A stretch of DNA of 64,000 nucleotides from an uncultured Candidatus Peribacteria bacterium (GTDB lineage: Bacteria; Patescibacteriota; Gracilibacteria; Peribacterales; Peribacteraceae): NCBI GenBank assembly GCA_964608325.1, contig CAZSMX010000003.1:12371-76370 (forward strand), written 5' to 3'. The translations under genes and the position numbers were made by a program. The notes under the pieces were generated by a model that was given only the letters and a program-made list of their open reading frames with translations, was not told the origin of the DNA and searched no databases. This document shows, piece by piece, positions 60,811 through 64,000 of this stretch (position 1 is its first letter; the number at the start of each line of letters is the position of its first letter).

Positions 60811-61967
60811 TGATTATCATCGGCTTGGAGGCGTATGCCGTGTTGCTCGCATGGTTGCAGGGAGGCGTGCGCACGGATGAGGCGAAGTACCTGCTCAGCA
60901 TTCCCTATCCTCATCCTCCGCTCGCGCGTTCCATCCTCTCTTTCTTCGACGGATTCGCATGGCAGGCATCCGCGGCCCGCATCCTTTTCGCCTCCCTCGT
61001 CGTCCAGGCCGTGTGGATCGTGTGGAAGATGGGAAAGGGGATGCCGCGGCTCAACCGGTTTGTCCTGTGCGGCAGCTGGCTGCTCTCCTGGGGGGTCTTT
61101 TCCCAGGCCGGCGCCGTGATGATGGCGCCGCTTACCGCGTTGCAGGCGCTGTTTTTCCTCTGGTTGTACGTTCGCGAGGAAGACGCCACCCCCTTCGCCG
61201 GCATCGTCGCACTCTTCTGGCTGGCGAGCCTGTTCACGGCATACCAAATCGCCCTGTTTTTCCCGGTCGTGCTCGTGATTTTTTGGAAGATGAAACTGCC
61301 GGCATGGCAGCGGTTCACTTTGTTCCTGATCCCGATCTTCTTGCTCGGTCTCTACACCCTCACGAATCCCTTCGCCCTCGCATCGATGCTGAACCAAGCG
61401 GGGAAGGACGGGGCGGTTTCCCTCGTTGATCGCGGAATGGCACTCGTATGGCTGTGGTTTGCAGCAGGGAGCGGGGCGTTCAGCATCGCAGGTACGGCGG
61501 GATTGTTCCTGTCACGGCGATGGCCGGTGATTGCGTCGTTCTTGCTGGTGAGTGCGTACGTCTTCGTCGGGTTCCACGAGTACTACGGCATCCTCTTCGT
61601 GCCGCTCTTCATCACCAGTCTTTCATTCCTCCTGAAAGGGTATCCGCGATGGGGCCGCGAGTATGCGATTCTCTTTCTTGTCGGCGCGGGCACGTTCGTT
61701 GCGATGTACGCAGAACTTCCTTCACCTTCCGTCGCGCGGGAAACGATGCGTTCGATCGCGCAGCGCGGATCGGAAGGCATCGTGTTGATCGACGGCAGCT
61801 TCGGGCATGAGTGGCAGTACGAAAGTCCGTATCCCATCCTGAAATACGGCGAGTGGTTGTTGCTCGGCGCACAGGCGGTCGTCTGTTTGGATGATGCCTG
61901 CGACGTGCGCGGAAATGGCGAATTCGAGAGGATCAACGCGCCCGTGGAGACGTGGGTGCGCAAATAA
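60798..61967 (+). CDS. GT-C-fold membrane glycosyltransferase (ArnT/PMT_2-like)
   Basis: Overlaps the Dpm1-like gene (alternative in-frame ATG at 60810). First-loop acidic motif RTDEAKYLL. About 10 hydrophobic spans and a soluble C-terminal end. Confidence 0.7.
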   Translation: MRRLMIIIGLEAYAVLLAWLQGGVRTDEAKYLLSIPYPHPPLARSILSFFDGFAWQASAARILFASLVVQAVWIVWKMGKGMPRLNRFVLCGSWLLSWGVFSQAGAVMMAPLTALQALFFLWLYVREEDATPFAGIVALFWLASLFTAYQIALFFPVVLVIFWKMKLPAWQRFTLFLIPIFLLGLYTLTNPFALASMLNQAGKDGAVSLVDRGMALVWLWFAAGSGAFSIAGTAGLFLSRRWPVIASFLLVSAYVFVGFHEYYGILFVPLFITSLSFLLKGYPRWGREYAILFLVGAGTFVAMYAELPSPSVARETMRSIAQRGSEGIVLIDGSFGHEWQYESPYPILKYGEWLLLGAQAVVCLDDACDVRGNGEFERINAPVETWVRK

Positions 61968-62000
61968 AAAAAGCCGCGGGGTCAACGCGGCTCGTGTTGT
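61966..62000. terminator. Bidirectional rho-independent terminator
   Basis: AAAAAA AGCCGCG-gggtcaa-CGCGGCT CGTGTTGTT. The A-run serves as the T-run for the minus-strand small ORF. Confidence 0.55.
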
Positions 62001-62016
62001 TCGGTCTCTCCGGCGA

Positions 62017-62193
62017 TTAGAGTGGCAGCTTGTCGACCAAGTGCCAGAGTGCGACGCTTCCGCCTTTGAGGATTTGCTTCGGTGTCGCATCGATCAACTG
62101 TCCGTACTGCCATGAGGCGTACAACCAGTATCCCGTGCAGCACAGCATGTATCCCAGGACGAAGCTCGCACCACCGCGGATCAATGTGATCAT
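62017..62193 (-). CDS. Small hydrophobic protein (58 aa)
   Basis: Hand translation gives MITLIRGGASFVLGYMLCCTGYWLYASWQYGQLIDATPKQILKGGSVALWHLVDKLPL. It has its own strong promoter and a terminator. AAGGA lies 8 nt upstream. Confidence 0.35.
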   Translation of the reverse strand: MITLIRGGASFVLGYMLCCTGYWLYASWQYGQLIDATPKQILKGGSVALWHLVDKLPL

Positions 62194-62234
62194 GACCGGG
62201 TCCTTATGAGAGAGAACAGGGGAACAACTATGTT

Positions 62235-62263
62235 ATTTTAAAACTAATATAGTATTTGGTCAA
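62235..62263 (-). promoter_or_regulatory. Near-consensus promoter TTGACC-N17-TAAAAT
   Basis: Minus strand: TTGACC (62263-62258), 17-nt spacer, TAAAAT (62240-62235). About 40 nt upstream of the small ORF ATG. Confidence 0.5.
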
Positions 62264-62285
62264 ATACACTCGGAATGACCAATGA

Positions 62286-63233
62286 TTATACTTTATAGTA
62301 TTCCTTATACCATTCCACGAACTTCGGAATGCCGTCCTTGATCGGCGTCGTAGGCATGTAGCCGAGTTTCTCTTTCGCGTGCTCGATGCCTGCGAGGCTG
62401 GCCGTGGTGTCGCCCGGCTGCATCGGGAGGAATTCTTTCTTCCCTTCCTTGCCAAGCGCTTTTTCCAGGTACCCGATGTAATCCATCAGCTCCTCCTTGC
62501 GTCCGCATCCCAGGTTGAAGATTTCCTCGGGATAGTTCTTGTCCACCGATGCGATGATTCCCGACACGATGTCGTCCACATACGTGAAGTCGCGCTGCAT
62601 CTTGCCTTCGCCGAAGACGGGGAGCGTGTCGCCCTTCATAATCTTGTCCGCGAAGAGGAACAGCGCCATGTCCGGGCGGCCGTAGGGTCCGTATACCGTG
62701 AAGAAACGCAGGCCGGTGACGTTCGTGCCGTACAGGGAATGGTAGACGTGCGCCATCAGTTCGTTGTCTTTCTTGTTCATGCCGTACAGCGACAGCTGGT
62801 TGTCCGTGCGGTCGGTCTCTTCCGCGGGATACTTGCCGTTGCCGCCGTACACCGAGCTCGACGATGCGTAGATGAGTCCGGGAATCTTCTGCAGGCGCAC
62901 TTCGTCCAGCACGTGGAAGAATCCCTTGATGTTGATGTCCACGTATTCCGTCGGGTGGTCGAACGCGTAGCGCACGCCCGCGAGCGCCGCGAGGTGGATC
63001 ACTCGGTCCACTCCTTCCATGCACTTGGCCACCGTCGGGCGGTCCAGGATGTCGCCCTTCGTGAAGCTGAACCCCTTGCGGCCCTGCAGGATCTTCAGGC
63101 GCGCTTCCTTCAAGGTCGGATCGTAATAGGCATTCATGTTGTCGAGTCCCACGACTTCGTCGCCGCGGTCGAGGAGTTTCATCGCCGTGTGGAATCCGAT
63201 GAATCCGGAAGAACCAGTGAGGAGGATGCGCAT
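62286..63233 (-). CDS. UDP-glucuronate 4-epimerase-like extended SDR (Cap1J/LpsL/WbnF type)
   Basis: ILLTGSSGFIGFH, GLDNMNAYYDPTLKEARL, YGMNKKDNE (YxxxK variant), GLRFFTVYGPYGRPDMA and RDFTYVDDI. Confidence 0.8.
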   Translation of the reverse strand: MRILLTGSSGFIGFHTAMKLLDRGDEVVGLDNMNAYYDPTLKEARLKILQGRKGFSFTKGDILDRPTVAKCMEGVDRVIHLAALAGVRYAFDHPTEYVDINIKGFFHVLDEVRLQKIPGLIYASSSSVYGGNGKYPAEETDRTDNQLSLYGMNKKDNELMAHVYHSLYGTNVTGLRFFTVYGPYGRPDMALFLFADKIMKGDTLPVFGEGKMQRDFTYVDDIVSGIIASVDKNYPEEIFNLGCGRKEELMDYIGYLEKALGKEGKKEFLPMQPGDTTASLAGIEHAKEKLGYMPTTPIKDGIPKFVEWYKEYYKV

Positions 63234-63241
63234 AGGTCCGG

Positions 63242-63247
63242 AGTATA
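63242..63247 (-). promoter_or_regulatory. -10 box TATACT, 8 nt upstream of the ATG at 63233
   Basis: Minus strand reads GGGGGGTATACTCCGGACCTATG. Confidence 0.45.
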
Positions 63248-63379
63248 CCCCCCGCTTTTGCCTTTTGGCAGATTTTAAACCTTCTTCTGATATTGACTAA
63301 TTTATATTACTATTTCATAGTATAAATAGTTACGTATTCGCTCCTGTCACATCATCATTTTTGAGAAGGTAGGTGTCTC

Positions 63380-64000
63380 GTGTCGAAACTGATTCTGGTA
63401 CACGCCCATGAAGTGATACGACGGGGTTTGGAAGATTTTCTTTCCAATTCCACGGACCTCACGGTGGTGGCGCAGTGCTCTACGATCAAGGAGGCCGAAG
63501 CCGCCATCGCCAGCCATCCCGAAGCACTGCTCGTTTCCGACACCCTGATCGGTGACGCGGAAGCGTATCACTTGTTTTCCCTCGCGGAACGGTCGGTTGC
63601 CCTCTCGCACCAGCAGAATCCCACGCATGTCGCGCGGGTCATCGCAGCCGGCGCCCAGGATTTCATTCCGTCCGGGATGGGCCAAGACGAGATGTTGTTG
63701 CGGATCCGTTCGGCGGCGAAAGGCGAGCCGGCCCCTTCCTCTCGCAGCCAGTTCGCGACCGTAAAGGAGCAAATGGGTTTGCGAAAGCCCATCCCGCAGG
63801 ATCCGTTTACCGAGCTGACGCCGCGTGAATCCCAAACACTGCGTTGCCTCTCGTACGGCCTGGCGAACGCCGAGATCGCGAAGTTCTGCGAGATCAGCAT
63901 CGAGACGGTGAAGGAGCACGTGCAGCACATGCTCCGGAAGCTTTGCGTGAACGACCGCACGCAGGCGGCGGTCATGTACGTCCGCATGATCGAATTGAAC
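63380..64000 (+). CDS. LuxR/NarL-family response regulator with an atypical receiver domain (3' end beyond window)
   Basis: Hand translation from the GTG at 63380 (in-frame TGA just upstream). VSKLILVHAHEVIRRGLEDFL...LLVSDTLIGD...TPRESQTLRCLSYGLANAEIAKFCEISIETVKEHVQHMLRKLCVNDRTQAA is a LuxR HTH. The frame is open to 64000, and the ORF is absent from the track because no stop is reached. Confidence 0.75.
   Translation, partial: MSKLILVHAHEVIRRGLEDFLSNSTDLTVVAQCSTIKEAEAAIASHPEALLVSDTLIGDAEAYHLFSLAERSVALSHQQNPTHVARVIAAGAQDFIPSGMGQDEMLLRIRSAAKGEPAPSSRSQFATVKEQMGLRKPIPQDPFTELTPRESQTLRCLSYGLANAEIAKFCEISIETVKEHVQHMLRKLCVNDRTQAAVMYVRMIELN

Noticed and set aside
1-64000. Assigning the window to a specific phylum (for example a candidate-phyla lineage) from compact gene packing and gene content
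   Set aside because: No rRNA or other phylogenetic marker alignment is possible here. Composition and packing alone are not diagnostic.

Overview
This is a visibly GC-rich, very tightly packed bacterial chromosomal segment. Many starts and stops overlap by 1-4 nt, and several convergent genes share or abut stop codons.

The left ~18 kb is housekeeping:
- Enzymes and proteases: RNase HI, an S41 C-terminal protease, ndk, an M16 peptidase, a PduO-type adenosyltransferase, pheT, peptidase E, an HD hydrolase, arfB, an M50 protease and sufS-sufU.
- rpmH (too short for the ORF track) and rpmB.
- tRNA-Ser(GGA) and tRNA-Thr(GGT).
- A few orphan genes sitting in lower-GC islets.

From 18.4 to 63.2 kb the window is essentially one very large cell-surface glycan locus of about 40 genes:
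- Nine GT4-type and five GT2-type glycosyltransferases.
- Three pairs of a polyprenyl-phosphate-sugar-synthase-like GT2 with a large GT-C-like membrane protein, plus a GtrA-like protein.
- rmlB/rmlC, gmd/fcl and wecB.
- A neuC-neuB/neuA nonulosonic-acid module next to a CapD/FnlA/PseB-like dehydratase and an SDR.
- A hisF/hisH/WbuX-type sugar amidotransferase trio.
- asnB, a TviB/WbpO-like dehydrogenase and a UDP-GlcA-4-epimerase-like SDR.
- Two methyltransferases and an MsbA/PglK-like ABC exporter.
- No recognisable initiating phosphoglycosyltransferase, Wzx, Wzy or chain-length regulator.

The window ends inside an atypical LuxR-type response regulator. I saw no rRNA, CRISPR array, transposase, integrase or recognisable defence genes.

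Structure not explained by genes:
1. A tandem tRNA-Thr triplet in which two copies carry insertions.
2. A short hairpin repeat family with compensatory changes.
3. Telomere-like GGGTTAGGG/GGGTTGGGG palindromic intergenic elements.
4. A recurrent TATACT-type -10 box 6-10 nt upstream of start codons, implying widespread leaderless mRNAs.

All protein calls come from motif recognition by eye in the supplied translations. No searches, alignments or statistics were run. Most long ORFs in the track that lie antisense to these genes are GC-driven artefacts.
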